Positions 13,163 to 24,493 of a stretch of 64,000 bases of DNA are shown here, piece by piece. The notes under the pieces are model-generated. The model saw nothing but the letters and a program-made list of their open reading frames with translations. It searched no databases and had not been told where the DNA came from. The DNA lies in assembly GCA_028826165.1 (NCBI GenBank), contig JAPDFW010000079.1:186001-250000 (forward strand). The letters run 5' to 3'. Made by a program: the position numbers and the translations under genes. The stretch is from Anaeramoeba ignava BMAN. Its lineage: Eukaryota > Protista > Anaeramoebae. Numbering within the stretch: the first letter of the stretch is position 1; each line of letters starts with the position of its first letter.

Positions 13163-15291
13163 ATGAAAAATAAATTGATTCTTTTTGTTTGTTTTACTTC
13201 TTTTCTTTTGTTGGTTAAATCAAATGTTCAAATTGATAAAGTATTCACATTTCCAATTTCAATATATTCTCCTGTTAATATTTTGGTTGATAATGATGAA
13301 GGATTTGTTTATGTTGTTGATCAAATGAATTCAGCCTCAACACCATATTCTTTCTTATTCAAATTTGATATGAATACTCTTGAATTTCTTGATGCTCTTG
13401 ATTTAGGAATTGTAGATGCTTATGGAGCAGTTATTGATACAGTGAATAAATTTGTTTATGTTGCAACAGATGATAATTCACCAGTTCAAATTTCCAAAGT
13501 TGATTTGAAAAAATTTGAAGTTGATGATATTCTCACATTATTGATTGGTGCTCAAAATGGAGCTTGGATAGGTCAAATTGATATTGTGAATCAAAAAGCT
13601 TATTTTGGTTGTGATTCTCCTCCTTTTGTTGTTAAAATTGATTTAACTACATTTACTGAAGAAGCAACTTTAGCTCTTTCTGATGATTGGTTAGATACTT
13701 TTGTAATTGATATTCCAAATGGATTATTATATGTTTCAGCACAACCTAATTCACAAGTTAATGAAACATTGTACAAAATTGCTTTATCAAGTTTTAGTGT
13801 GATTGATGCTCTTTTCTTCAATTCTTCAAATGATGTGAATCTCTATTATGGAGCAATTGATTATTCAACACAAAAAATGTATTTAGGCACATGGAAATCA
13901 CCAGCTAATGTTGTTATAGTTGATTTGGTAAATTTCACAAAACAAGATGTTGTTAATCTTACAGCTTTGAACAGGATTTCAGGAATAGGAATTGATGAAA
14001 CTAATGGAAATGCTATTTTGGTTGATAAGAATGGAGTTATGGCTAAAATGGATTTAACAAATAATTCAATAATTGATACATTTAATACTATTAGTGATGG
14101 TTCTGGTGTTGATTCAGTTGCTTTTGATTTTGAAACTGAAAAAGCTTATATTGCAACGTATAATCGTGAATTAATTGAAGTTGATTTATCTTTATTCCAA
14201 GTTGAAAAAACCACAACCCCACAAGATTATTCAAATCCTGATTTACTTCTTATTGATGAATCTAATCAAATTGGTTATTTTGAATTCCTCATTTCTAATA
14301 ATTATTCTATTATCAAATTTGATCTTCAATCACTTTCAATTATTGATTATTTGAATATAAGTAATGAATGTAAATATGGAGAAATTGATACATTAAATGG
14401 ATTTCTTTATTTGTTTCCAACTTCTTTAAATGGATTAAATATTGGAAAATTAAGATTATCAAATTTTTCATTTGAAGAATTTAATCAAATTCATGATAAT
14501 GGAACAATTGAATCAATAACATTTGATGAACAAAAAGGAATTCTTTATTTTGGATATTTGAATAATGATAATTCAAATTATGAAATGATTCAAGTTAATG
14601 TTACTGATTTAACAATAATTGGAAATTTAAGTTTTGGAAATGAAACAGATTTCCTTGATATTAATATTGATACTTCAAATGAATATCTTTATTCACTTTA
14701 TTCAAACACTTCTGATTACAATAATTATCTTTCCAAAATTAATTCATCCAATATGAATATTATTGATAATTTAAATTTTGAAGATTCATTTTCTGAATAT
14801 TTTTTTGAAAAGAATTTCCAATATTTCTATTTCCAAAATTCAACCAATAATTTGATTTCAAGAGTTGATTTAACTAATATGATAATTATGAATGATTCAT
14901 TAAATGTTACTTCATTTTACTTATATCCAAATAATTTTGAATTCAATAATGGTTCAATTTATTTGATAGGTTCAAATTCTACTTCTGGTGATAATTAGTT
15001 TATTTTCTTGAAGTTGAATTAAGTTCAAATCAATTAATTTCAAACATTTCAACAGAATATTCTTGGCAAAGTTTAATTATTGAATATGATTCATCAAAAT
15101 CAATAGTTTATCTTTTAAATTCTGATAAACAACCCTATTCCTTATATGAAATTCAACAACCAACACCAACTCCAACTCCAACTCCAACTCCAACTCCAAC
15201 ACAAACTCCAACTCCAAAACCTTCTTCAAGTCAACAAATTCTTTTCTCAATTTTAATTTTAGGAATAACAATAATTTTTGGATTATTTTAA
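13163..15291 (+). CDS. Secreted beta-propeller-like surface protein copy A, predicted GPI anchor; one-base frameshift at ~14995
   Basis: Signal peptide MKNKLILFVCFTSFLLLVKS and ~43-aa beta-rich repeats (..IDTVNKFVYV..). 'gataattagtt' versus 'gataatttagtt' in copy C explains the premature stop. The downstream frame gives a (PT)n stalk and KPSSSQQILFSILILGITIIFGLF*. Confidence 0.75.
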
Positions 15292-16123
15292 TTGAATTTT
15301 TTCTTCAATTCTTTCTTTCTTTCTTTCTTTCTTTCCAAAAAAAGAAAAATAAAAATCAAAATTCAGATATTAAATGTTTTGATCTTGTTTTTTTTTTGTG
15401 AATAAATTAATAATTTTCTTATTAAAAAAGAAGCAAAAAATCAATTAAAATTAATCAACATTAAATCTAAAATAAATTATTAATTATTTTTAATTTTAAT
15501 TTAAATTTAAATAAATAAGATCAAATTTTTTTCCAATTTAGATAAATTCAACCCCCAAAACAAGAAAATTTAGGAAATAAAAATTAAAATAGATTTTAGT
15601 TTTTATTTTTAATTTAAAATAATTTAAAATGAAAAATTTAACTTTTAAATTGATCAAATTGGAAATCATCATTAATTAAATTAATTTAAATTTTTCAAAA
15701 AGAAAAGAATAAAATTAAAATTAACTTTTTAAACTAATTTTCTTAAATAAAAATTAAAATTAATTTAAGGATCTGATTATTTTAAATTTAAATTAAAAAT
15801 TGAAACAATCAAATAATAAAGAAAAGAAAATAAGAAAAAATGTTTAATAAATGTTTAAATTATTATTTTATTTTATTATTTTATTATTTTATTATTTTAT
15901 TTTTAGTTTTTTTTTGCCATCTTGATCTACAAAAAAAAATGAAGATAAAAGAAAAAAAAATTTTTTTTTTTAGTTTTCATTTCTTTTTAATCAAATTTCT
16001 TATTTGATTTTAAATTTAATTTTAAGTAAATATTTAATTATTTAAATTTTAATTTTAATTTAAATTTTAATTTTAATAATTTTTTACTTTTTTCCACAAA
16101 AAAAACAAAAATAATAAGGAAAA

Positions 16124-18217
16124 ATGAAAAATAAATTGATTCTTTTTGTTTGTTTTACTTCTTTTCTTTTGTTGGTTAAATCAAATGATCAAATTGATAA
16201 AGTATTCACATTTCCAATTTCATTATCTTCTCCTCTTAATGTTTTGGTTGATAGTGATGAAGGATTTGTTTATGTTGTTGATGAAATGAATTCAGCCTCA
16301 ACACCACATTCTTTCTTATTCAAATTTGATATGAATACTCTTGAATTTCTTGATGCTCTTGATTTAGGAATTATAGGTGCTTATGGAGCAGTTATTGATA
16401 CAGTGAATAAATTTGTTTATGTTGCAACATATAATAGTCCACCAGTTCAAATTTCCAAAGTTGATTTGAAAAAATTTGAAGTTGTTGATATTCTCACATT
16501 AGATGTTGATGTTAAATTTGGAGCTTGGATAGGTCAAATTGATATTGTGAATCAAAAAGCTTATTTTGGTTGTAATTCTCCTCCTTTTGTTGTTAAAATT
16601 GATTTAACTACATTTACTGAAGAAACAAATTTATCTCTTTCTCATGATTGGTTTGATTTTCTAATAATTGATATTCCAAATGGTTTCTTGTATGCTATAA
16701 CTGAACCTTTTTCAGGCGATAATCAAACATTGTATAAAATTTCTTTATCAAGTTTGATTGCAGTTGATACTCTTTTCTTTAATTCTTCAAATGATAGTGG
16801 AATGGATTATGGAGCAATTGATTATTCAACACAAAAAATGTATGTAGGTACAGGGCAATCACCCATGGGTATTGTTATAGTTGATTTGGTAAATTTCACA
16901 AAACAAGAAAATCTTAATTTTTCAGCTCTATCTATTAACAAAGGAGTTGGAATTGATGAAACTAATGGAAATGCTATTTTGGTTGATTCAAATGGAGTTA
17001 TGGCTAAAATGGATTTAACAAATAACTCAATAATTGATACATTGAATACTATTAGTGATGGTTCTTATGTTGATTCAGTTGTTTTTGATATTGAAACTGA
17101 AAAAGTTTATATTGCAACGGATTATCGTGAATTAATTGAAGTTGATTTATCTTTATTCCAAGTTGAAAAAACCACAACCCCACAAAATTATTCAAATCCT
17201 GATTTACTTCTTATTGATGAATCTAATCAAAATGGTTATTTTGAATTCCTCATTTCTAATAATTATTCTATTATCAAATTTGATCTTCAATCACTTTCAA
17301 TTATTGATAATTTGGATATCAGTCAGGAATGTGAATATGGAGAAATTGATACATTAAATGGATTTCTTTATTTGTTTCCAACTTCTTTAAATGGATTAAA
17401 TATTGGAAAATTAAGATTATCAAATTTTTCATTTGAAGAATTTAATCAAATTCATGATAATGGAACAATTGAATCAATAACATTTGATGAACAAAAAGGA
17501 ATTCTTTATTTTGGATATTTGAATAATGATAATTCAAATTATGAAATGATTCAAGTTAATGTTACTGATTTAACAATAATTGGAAATTCAAGTTTTGGAA
17601 ATGAAACAGATTTCCTTGATATTAATATTGATACTTCAAATGAATATCTTTATTCACTTTATTCAAACACTTCTGATTACAATAATTATCTTTCCAAAAT
17701 TAATTCATCCAATTTGAATATTATTGATAATTTAAATTTTGAAGATTCATTTTCTGAATATTTTTTTGAAAAGAGTTGCCAATATTTCTATTTCCAAAAT
17801 TCAACCAATAATTTGATTTCAAGAGTTGATTTAACTAATATGATAATTATGAATGATTCATTAAATGTTACTTCATTTTACTTATATCCAAATAATTTTG
17901 AATTCAATAATGGTTCAATTTATTTGATAGGTTCAAATTCCAGTTCTAGTGATCAATTAGTTAATGTTCTTGAAGTTGAATTAAGTTCAAATCAATTAAT
18001 TTCAAACATTTCAACAGAATATTCTTGGCAAAGTTTAATTAGTGAATATGATTCATCAAAATCAATAGTTTATCTTTTAAATTCTGGTCAACAACCTTAT
18101 TCCTTATATGAAATTCAACAACCAACACCAACTCCAACTCCAAAACCTTCTTCAAGTCAACAAATTCTTTTCTCAATTTTAATTTTAGGAATAACAATAA
18201 TTTTTGGATTATTTTAA
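16124..18217 (+). CDS. Beta-propeller-like surface protein copy B (697 aa), predicted GPI anchor
   Basis: Intact ORF; signal peptide, propeller-like repeats, many N-x-S/T sites, SSS plus hydrophobic C-terminus with no cytosolic tail. Confidence 0.85.
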   Translation: MKNKLILFVCFTSFLLLVKSNDQIDKVFTFPISLSSPLNVLVDSDEGFVYVVDEMNSASTPHSFLFKFDMNTLEFLDALDLGIIGAYGAVIDTVNKFVYVATYNSPPVQISKVDLKKFEVVDILTLDVDVKFGAWIGQIDIVNQKAYFGCNSPPFVVKIDLTTFTEETNLSLSHDWFDFLIIDIPNGFLYAITEPFSGDNQTLYKISLSSLIAVDTLFFNSSNDSGMDYGAIDYSTQKMYVGTGQSPMGIVIVDLVNFTKQENLNFSALSINKGVGIDETNGNAILVDSNGVMAKMDLTNNSIIDTLNTISDGSYVDSVVFDIETEKVYIATDYRELIEVDLSLFQVEKTTTPQNYSNPDLLLIDESNQNGYFEFLISNNYSIIKFDLQSLSIIDNLDISQECEYGEIDTLNGFLYLFPTSLNGLNIGKLRLSNFSFEEFNQIHDNGTIESITFDEQKGILYFGYLNNDNSNYEMIQVNVTDLTIIGNSSFGNETDFLDINIDTSNEYLYSLYSNTSDYNNYLSKINSSNLNIIDNLNFEDSFSEYFFEKSCQYFYFQNSTNNLISRVDLTNMIIMNDSLNVTSFYLYPNNFEFNNGSIYLIGSNSSSSDQLVNVLEVELSSNQLISNISTEYSWQSLISEYDSSKSIVYLLNSGQQPYSLYEIQQPTPTPTPKPSSSQQILFSILILGITIIFGLF

Positions 18218-18505
18218 TTCAATTTTTTCTTCAATTCTTTCTTTCTTTTTTTCTTCCTTTCTTTCTTTCTTTCTTTCTTTCTTTCCAAAAAAATAAAAAT
18301 AATCCCAAATCAAATTTAAAATTTTAATTTTTAAATTTTTAATTTCAAAATCTAAATCTAAATAATCTAAATTTCAAAAAAAAAGAATTTATTTTGATTT
18401 GATTTTTATGTTTAATTTTTATGTTTTATTTTTGAAATCCATAAGTTTATTCGGTAAAAATTAAATTAAATGAAAAAAATATAAAATTTTAAATAATTTT
18501 TTTTT

Positions 18506-18600
18506 TCACTCTTACAAGAATCTTTTGATGATTTTTTTCATAGCTAACATTACAAAGTAATGTGGGGGAATGATGTTTGAATACCAAACTTATTCCCTTC
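18506..18600 (+). ncRNA. Candidate structured non-coding element (second copy at 22494-22588)
   Basis: GC-enriched island starting at an Inr-like TCACT, with hairpins ACATTAC-aaa-GTAATGT and GGGAAT..GTTTG-aatac-CAAAC..ATTCCC. No family recognised; strand uncertain. Confidence 0.25.
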
Positions 18601-18820
18601 TTTCTATTTATTTTTATTTTTAATTTTAATTTTATTTTATATTTATTTAATTGTTTTTTGAATTAATAAAATAAAAAAGTGGAATAAAAAATTTATTTTA
18701 TTTTTTCTTTTCTTCTTTTTTATTTTTAATTTTATATTTATATTTAATTTTATTTTTGTTTTTGAATTAATAAAATAAAAAAGTGGAATAAAAAATTTAT
18801 TTTTTAATTTTATTTTTTTC

Positions 18821-19745
18821 ATCAAAATTTTTCCATTTAAGATTAATCAAAAATAACAACAAGAAAAAATTTTTTTTCTTTTTCTTCCTTTTTTTTTTTT
18901 CTTTTATTAAAATTGAAAATTAAAATTGAAAATTGAAATTAAATTGAAAATAAATTGAAAATTAGGGTTATTTTTTAATTGAAATAATTTGAAGTTTGAT
19001 CAAATAAATTAATAATAAAATTAAATAAAAATAATTTGCTTTTTGATTTTTGATATTAATAATCAAAATAAAAAATTGATTATTTAACAAATTGGAAATT
19101 TAAACCTAAAATAATTTATTAAACAATTTAAATTTATTTATATTAAATAAAAGATCAAAATTTTTCCATTTAAGATTAATCAAAAAAATAACAACAAGAA
19201 AAAAAAATTTTTTTCTTTTTCTTCCTTTTTTTTTTTCTTTTATTAAAATTGAAATTAAAATTGAAAATTGAAATTGAAAATTGAAATTAAATTGAAAATA
19301 AATTGAAAATTAGGGTTATTTTTTAATTGAAATAATTTGAAGTTTGATCAAATAAATTAATAATAAAATTAAATAAAAATAATTTGCTTTTTGATTTTGA
19401 TATTAATAATCAAAATAAAAAATTGATTATTTAACAAATTGGAAATTTAAACCTAAAATAATTTATTAAACAATTTGAATTTATTTATATTAAATAAAAG
19501 ATCAAAATTTTTCCATTTAAGATTAATCAAAAAAATAACAACAAGAAAAAAAAAATTTTTTTCTTTTTCTTCCTTTTTTTTTTTCTTTTATTAAAATTGA
19601 AAATTAAAATTGAAAATTAAAATTGAAAATTGAAATCAAATTGAAAATAAATTGAAAATTAGGGTTATTTTTTAATTGAAATAATTTGAAATTTGATCAA
19701 ATAAATTAATAATAAAATTAAATAAAAATAATTTGCTTTTTGATT
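18821..19745. repeat. Tandem repeat of a ~333-347 bp AT-rich unit (~2.7 copies)
   Basis: 'atcaaaatttttccatttaagattaatc' starts at 18821, 19154 and 19501, with conserved internal 'attagggttatt' and 'aacaaattggaaatttaaacc'. Confidence 0.9.
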
Positions 19746-20092
19746 AATCTTAAATTAAGATCAAAATAAAAAATTTTTAGGGTTATTTTTGAAAATTAAT
19801 TAATAAAGAAATAAATGATAAAAAATGTATAATGAATGTTTAAATGATTTGTTGTTTTTTTTTTGCCATCTTGATCTACAAAAAAAAAATGAAGATAAAA
19901 GAAAAAAAAATTTTTTTTTGATTTTCATTTCTTTTTAATCAAATTTATTATTTGAATTTAAATTTAATTTTTAAGTAAATTATTGTTTATTTTAATTTTA
20001 ATTTTAAGTAAATATTCAATTATTTTGGATTTACTTACTTATTTTAATTTTAATTTTTTCCACAAAAAAAAAAACAAAATAATAGGGAAAAA

Positions 20093-22180
20093 ATGCAAAA
20101 TAAATTGATTCTTTTTGTTTGTTTTACTTCTTTTCTTTTGTTGGTTAAATCAAATGTTCAAATTGAAGAAGTATTCACATTTCCAATTTCATTATCTTCT
20201 CCTGTTAATACTTTGGTTGATAATGATGAAGGATTTGTTTATGTTGTTGATCAAATGGATATAGAGTCTATACCAGATTCTTTCTTATTCAAATTTGATA
20301 TGAATACTCTTGAATTTATTGATGCTCTTGATTTAGGAATTAAAGGTGCTCAAGGAGCAGTTATTGATACAGTGAATAAATTTGTTTATGTTGGAACATA
20401 TAATAGTCCACCAGTTCAAATTTCCAAAGTTGATTTGAAAAAATTTGAAGTTGATGATATTCTCACATTATTGATTGGTGCTCAAAATGGAGCTTGGATA
20501 GGTCAAATTGATATTGTGAATCAAAAAGCTTATTTTGGTTGTGATTCTCCTCCTGTTGTTGTTAAAATTGATTTAACTACATTTACTCAAGAAACAAATT
20601 TATCTCTTTCTCAATATTGGTTTGATACTCTTATGATTGATATTCCAAATGGATTCTTATATGCTTCAACACAACCTAATTCACAAGTTAATCAAACATT
20701 GTACAAAATTTCTTTATCAAGTTTTAGTGTGATTGATACTCTTTTCTTTAATTCTTCAAATGATGTGAATCTCTATTATGGAGCAATTGATTATTCAACA
20801 CAAAAAATGTATTTAGGCACAGAGCAATCACCACCTGATGTTGTTATAATTGATTTGGTAAATTTCACAAAACAAGATGTTGTTAATATTCCAACTTTGG
20901 AATATAGTTCAGGAATAGGAATTGATGAAACTAATGAATTTGGTTATTTGGTTGATGAGAATGGAGTTATGGCTAAAATGGATTTAACAAATAATTCAAT
21001 AATTAATACATTGAATACTATTAGTGATGGTTCTGGTGTTGATTCAGTAGTTTTTGATTTTGAAATTGAAAAAGCTTATATTGCAACGAATAATCCTGAA
21101 TTAATTGAAGTTGATTTATCTTTATTCCAAGTTGAAAAAACCATAATTCCACAAGATTATTCAAATCCTGATTTACTTCTTATTGATGAATCTAATCAAA
21201 ATGCTTATTTTGAATTCCTCATTTCTAATAATCCTTCTATTATCAAATTTGATCTTCAATCACTTTCAATTATTGATTATTTGGATATCAGTCAGGAATG
21301 TGATTATGGAGAAATTGATACATTAAATGGATTTATTTATTTGTTTCCAACTTCTTCAAATGGATTGAATATTGGAAAATTAAGATTATCAAATTTTTCA
21401 TTTGAAGAATTTAATCAAATTCATGATAATGGAACAATTGAATCAATAACATTTGATGAACAAAAAGGAATTCTTTATTTTGGATATTTGAATAATGATA
21501 TTTCAAATTATGAAATGATTCAAGTTAATGTTACTGATTTAACAATAATTAATAATTCAAATTTTGGAAGTCAAAATGCTATATTGGATATTAATATTGA
21601 TACTTCAAATGAATATCTTTATTCACTTTATTCAAACACTTCTGATTCCAATTATTATCTTTCCAAAATTAATTCATCCAATTTGAATATTATTGATAAT
21701 TTAAATTTTGAAGATTCATTTACTGAATATTTTTTTGAAAAGAGTTGCCAATATTTCTATTTCCAAAATTCAACCAATAATTTGATTTCAAGAGTTGATT
21801 TAACTAATATGATAATTATGAATGATTCATTAAATGTTACTTCATTCTATTTGACTTCAAATTATTTTGAATTAAATGATGGTTCAATTTATTTGATAGG
21901 TTCAAATTCCAGTTCTAGTGATAATTTAGTTAATGTTCTTGAAGTTGAATTAAGTTCAAATCAATTAATTTCAAACGCAACATTAGAATATTCTTGGCAA
22001 AGTTTAATTATTGAATATGATTCATCAAAATCAATAGTTTATCTTTTAAATTCTGATCAAGAACCTTATTACTTGTATGAGATTCCACAATCAACTCCAA
22101 ATCCAAAACCTTCTTCAAGTCAACAAATTCTTTTCTCAATTTTAATTTTAGGAATAACAATAATTTTGGGATTATTTTAA
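20093..22180 (+). CDS. Beta-propeller-like surface protein copy C (695 aa), predicted GPI anchor
   Basis: Intact ORF, paralog of copies A and B with the same termini. Confidence 0.85.
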   Translation: MQNKLILFVCFTSFLLLVKSNVQIEEVFTFPISLSSPVNTLVDNDEGFVYVVDQMDIESIPDSFLFKFDMNTLEFIDALDLGIKGAQGAVIDTVNKFVYVGTYNSPPVQISKVDLKKFEVDDILTLLIGAQNGAWIGQIDIVNQKAYFGCDSPPVVVKIDLTTFTQETNLSLSQYWFDTLMIDIPNGFLYASTQPNSQVNQTLYKISLSSFSVIDTLFFNSSNDVNLYYGAIDYSTQKMYLGTEQSPPDVVIIDLVNFTKQDVVNIPTLEYSSGIGIDETNEFGYLVDENGVMAKMDLTNNSIINTLNTISDGSGVDSVVFDFEIEKAYIATNNPELIEVDLSLFQVEKTIIPQDYSNPDLLLIDESNQNAYFEFLISNNPSIIKFDLQSLSIIDYLDISQECDYGEIDTLNGFIYLFPTSSNGLNIGKLRLSNFSFEEFNQIHDNGTIESITFDEQKGILYFGYLNNDISNYEMIQVNVTDLTIINNSNFGSQNAILDINIDTSNEYLYSLYSNTSDSNYYLSKINSSNLNIIDNLNFEDSFTEYFFEKSCQYFYFQNSTNNLISRVDLTNMIIMNDSLNVTSFYLTSNYFELNDGSIYLIGSNSSSSDNLVNVLEVELSSNQLISNATLEYSWQSLIIEYDSSKSIVYLLNSDQEPYYLYEIPQSTPNPKPSSSQQILFSILILGITIILGLF

Positions 22181-22198
22181 TTGAATTTTTTCTTCAAT

Positions 22199-22274
<76 letters not shown>

Positions 22275-22684
22275 TCCAAAAAAATAAAAATAATCCCAAA
22301 TCAATTTTTAATTTTTAATTTTTAATTTCAAAATCTAAATATAAATCTAAATAATCTAAATTTCAAAAAAAAGAATTTATTTTGATTTGATTTTTATGTT
22401 TAATTTTTATGTTTTATTTTTGAAATCCATAAGTTTATTCGGTAAAAATTAAATTAAATGAAAAAAATATAAAATTTTAAATAATTTTTTTTTTCACTCT
22501 TACAAGAATCTTTTGATGATTTTTTTCATAGCTAACATTACAAAGTAATGTGGGGGAATGATGTTTGAATACCAAACTTATTCCCTTCTTTCTTTTTTAT
22601 TTTTATTTTTAATTTATTTTATATTTTATTTTGTTTTTGTTTTTATTTTAATTTTGTTTTATTTAATTTTATATTTATTTTGTT

Positions 22685-23030
22685 TTTTGAATTAATAAAA
22701 TAAAAAAGTGGAATAAAAATTTATTTTATCTTTTCTTTCTATTTATTTTATCTTTTCTTTCTATTTATTTTTGTTTTTGTTTTTTGGATTAATAAAATAA
22801 AAAAGTGGAATAAAAAATTTATTTTCTTTTCTTTTCTTTTGTTTTATTTTTTATTTTTAATTTTATATTTATTTTTATTTTTGTTTTTTGAATTAATAAA
22901 ATAAAAAAGTGGAATAAAAAATTTATTTTATTTTTCTTTTCTTTTTATTTAATTTTTAATTTTATATTTATTTTTGTTTTTGTTTTTTGAATTAATAAAA
23001 TAAAAAGTGGAATAAAAAATTTATTTTATT
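22685..23030. repeat. ~100 bp-period repeat with core AATTAATAAAATAAAAAAGTGGAATAAAAA (4 copies here, 2 more at ~18661 and ~18766)
   Basis: Core motif at ~22690, 22787, 22890 and 22990, separated by variable T-rich spacers. Confidence 0.8.
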
Positions 23031-23042
23031 TTTCTTTTTAAT

Positions 23043-24334
23043 TTATTTTTCGAGTTGAATTGGTTTGTTAATAATTTTCAAATCAATTATTCTCATCTTC
23101 AAAATTCGAATTTTCTCTTCAATCTCTTTGAATATATCTTCTTTATCAATATAAATAACAAAAATTGCATCTAATCCACCAGCTCCAGGAATTCCTGCAA
23201 AAATTACTTCTTTGATAGAAAAAATTTGATTAATTCTTTGACTTTGTTCTTCAGGTTCAATTGGAACATCACTTAATTCTCCCATTTTTTTCATTAGAAA
23301 TCTAATCTTTGTTCCTATTTTTCTGATTTGATCAATTTGCTCTTCCAAAATTTCTTTTTGATTCAACAAATTTTCCATTTTTGAATTATTTTTCTTTAAA
23401 TGAGAAATAATTTTGGATGATTCTTGGGGTTTTTCATTTTTCCATTTTAAGTATCTCCTAACCATTGGAACAGTTTCAGATCCACCTGAAAGAGTATCGA
23501 TAAGAATCAATTTTGTATTGGATGGGAGTTTAAACGGCTTGATTTTTATTATGATTTTTAATTTTAATTTTAATTTTATAAATGAATTTTAATTTTAAAA
23601 ACAAAACTTACTTGAATAAAATTATCCCATTTTTCTTTCGAATTTATTAATTTTGAAAAACTTTCCAAAAAATGTGGTTCAATTTCAAAAGGTTTTTCAA
23701 TATATTCTTTCAAAACGGTTTGAGAAAATCTCTGGAATTTTTGACTTCCATAAACAGCAGCACTAATATCAAAACCAGATCCAATTTTTCCTTGAGCAAC
23801 ACAATGGCAAAATTGAGAAAGATTATGAATTAGGAACAAATCTTCACTTTTTGGATTTGCTAGATCAACAATTTGAAAAAAATGAAGTAAAGATCCTGTT
23901 AGAGAAACTACTAAAGCTGCAGAACTTCCAAGTCCTGTTTTGCCCATTGAATCGTTGCTTTTTTTTGAATAAAAAGCTGAATCTCCAAATATTGTCATCT
24001 TCAAACCCTTTTTTTCAAGTGGAGAAAGGTTTTTTGATGAATAAATAAAGCTCAAAGTGAATAAAAGAGTTGTTTCGAGAAATTTATTTGAAGGAAAAAT
24101 CTTTGGATTTGTTGATTTTAAGAAAATTGGATTTGTGGAAAATTCATAAGAATAATTTTGATCATAATTTTGTGAAAAAATTGAAATTAAATTAGGGTTT
24201 TCTGTTGATGAAATGAAAGTATGGAATCTTGAGTTTGTTGTTAAAACTAAACCAAAATTTTCTTTTTCAAGAATAAGATAACCACCAATAATCAAAATTT
24301 TTCCAGAACATGAAACGTGTATAATGTTTTCCAT
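23043..24334 (-). CDS. ERG8: Phosphomevalonate kinase, ERG8 (fungal/plant GHMP) type; exons 24334-23612 and 23537-23043
   Basis: Motifs SCSGKILIIGGYLIL, KTGLGSSAALV, HCVAQGKIGSGFDISAAVYGSQKFQRF, GGSETVPMV and GIPGAGGLDAIF. A phase-0 intron GTAAGT...AAG joins the two ORFs. Confidence 0.92.
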
Positions 24335-24493
24335 TCAAATTAAAATTAAATTTATTTCAATTTTTATTATTGAAAAAGTAAATGAAAAAAAAATAAAAAA
24401 AAAATTTTTTTCTTTTCATTTTTTCATTTTTTTTTCATTCTTTTTTTCTTTAATTAAATCATTTCAATTTTATTTTATATTGTTTTTTTTGTA

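Noticed and set aside
18506-18600. U1 snRNA, SECIS or C/D snoRNA identity for the hairpin island
   Set aside because: The 5' end ACTCTTACAAG only partly resembles U1 ATACTTACCTG, there is no 3' GA for a SECIS core and no in-frame TGA upstream, and there is no CTGA D box.
18960-19785. TTAGGG hexamers as telomeric repeats
   Set aside because: Single isolated copies within the ~340-bp unit, not tandem arrays.
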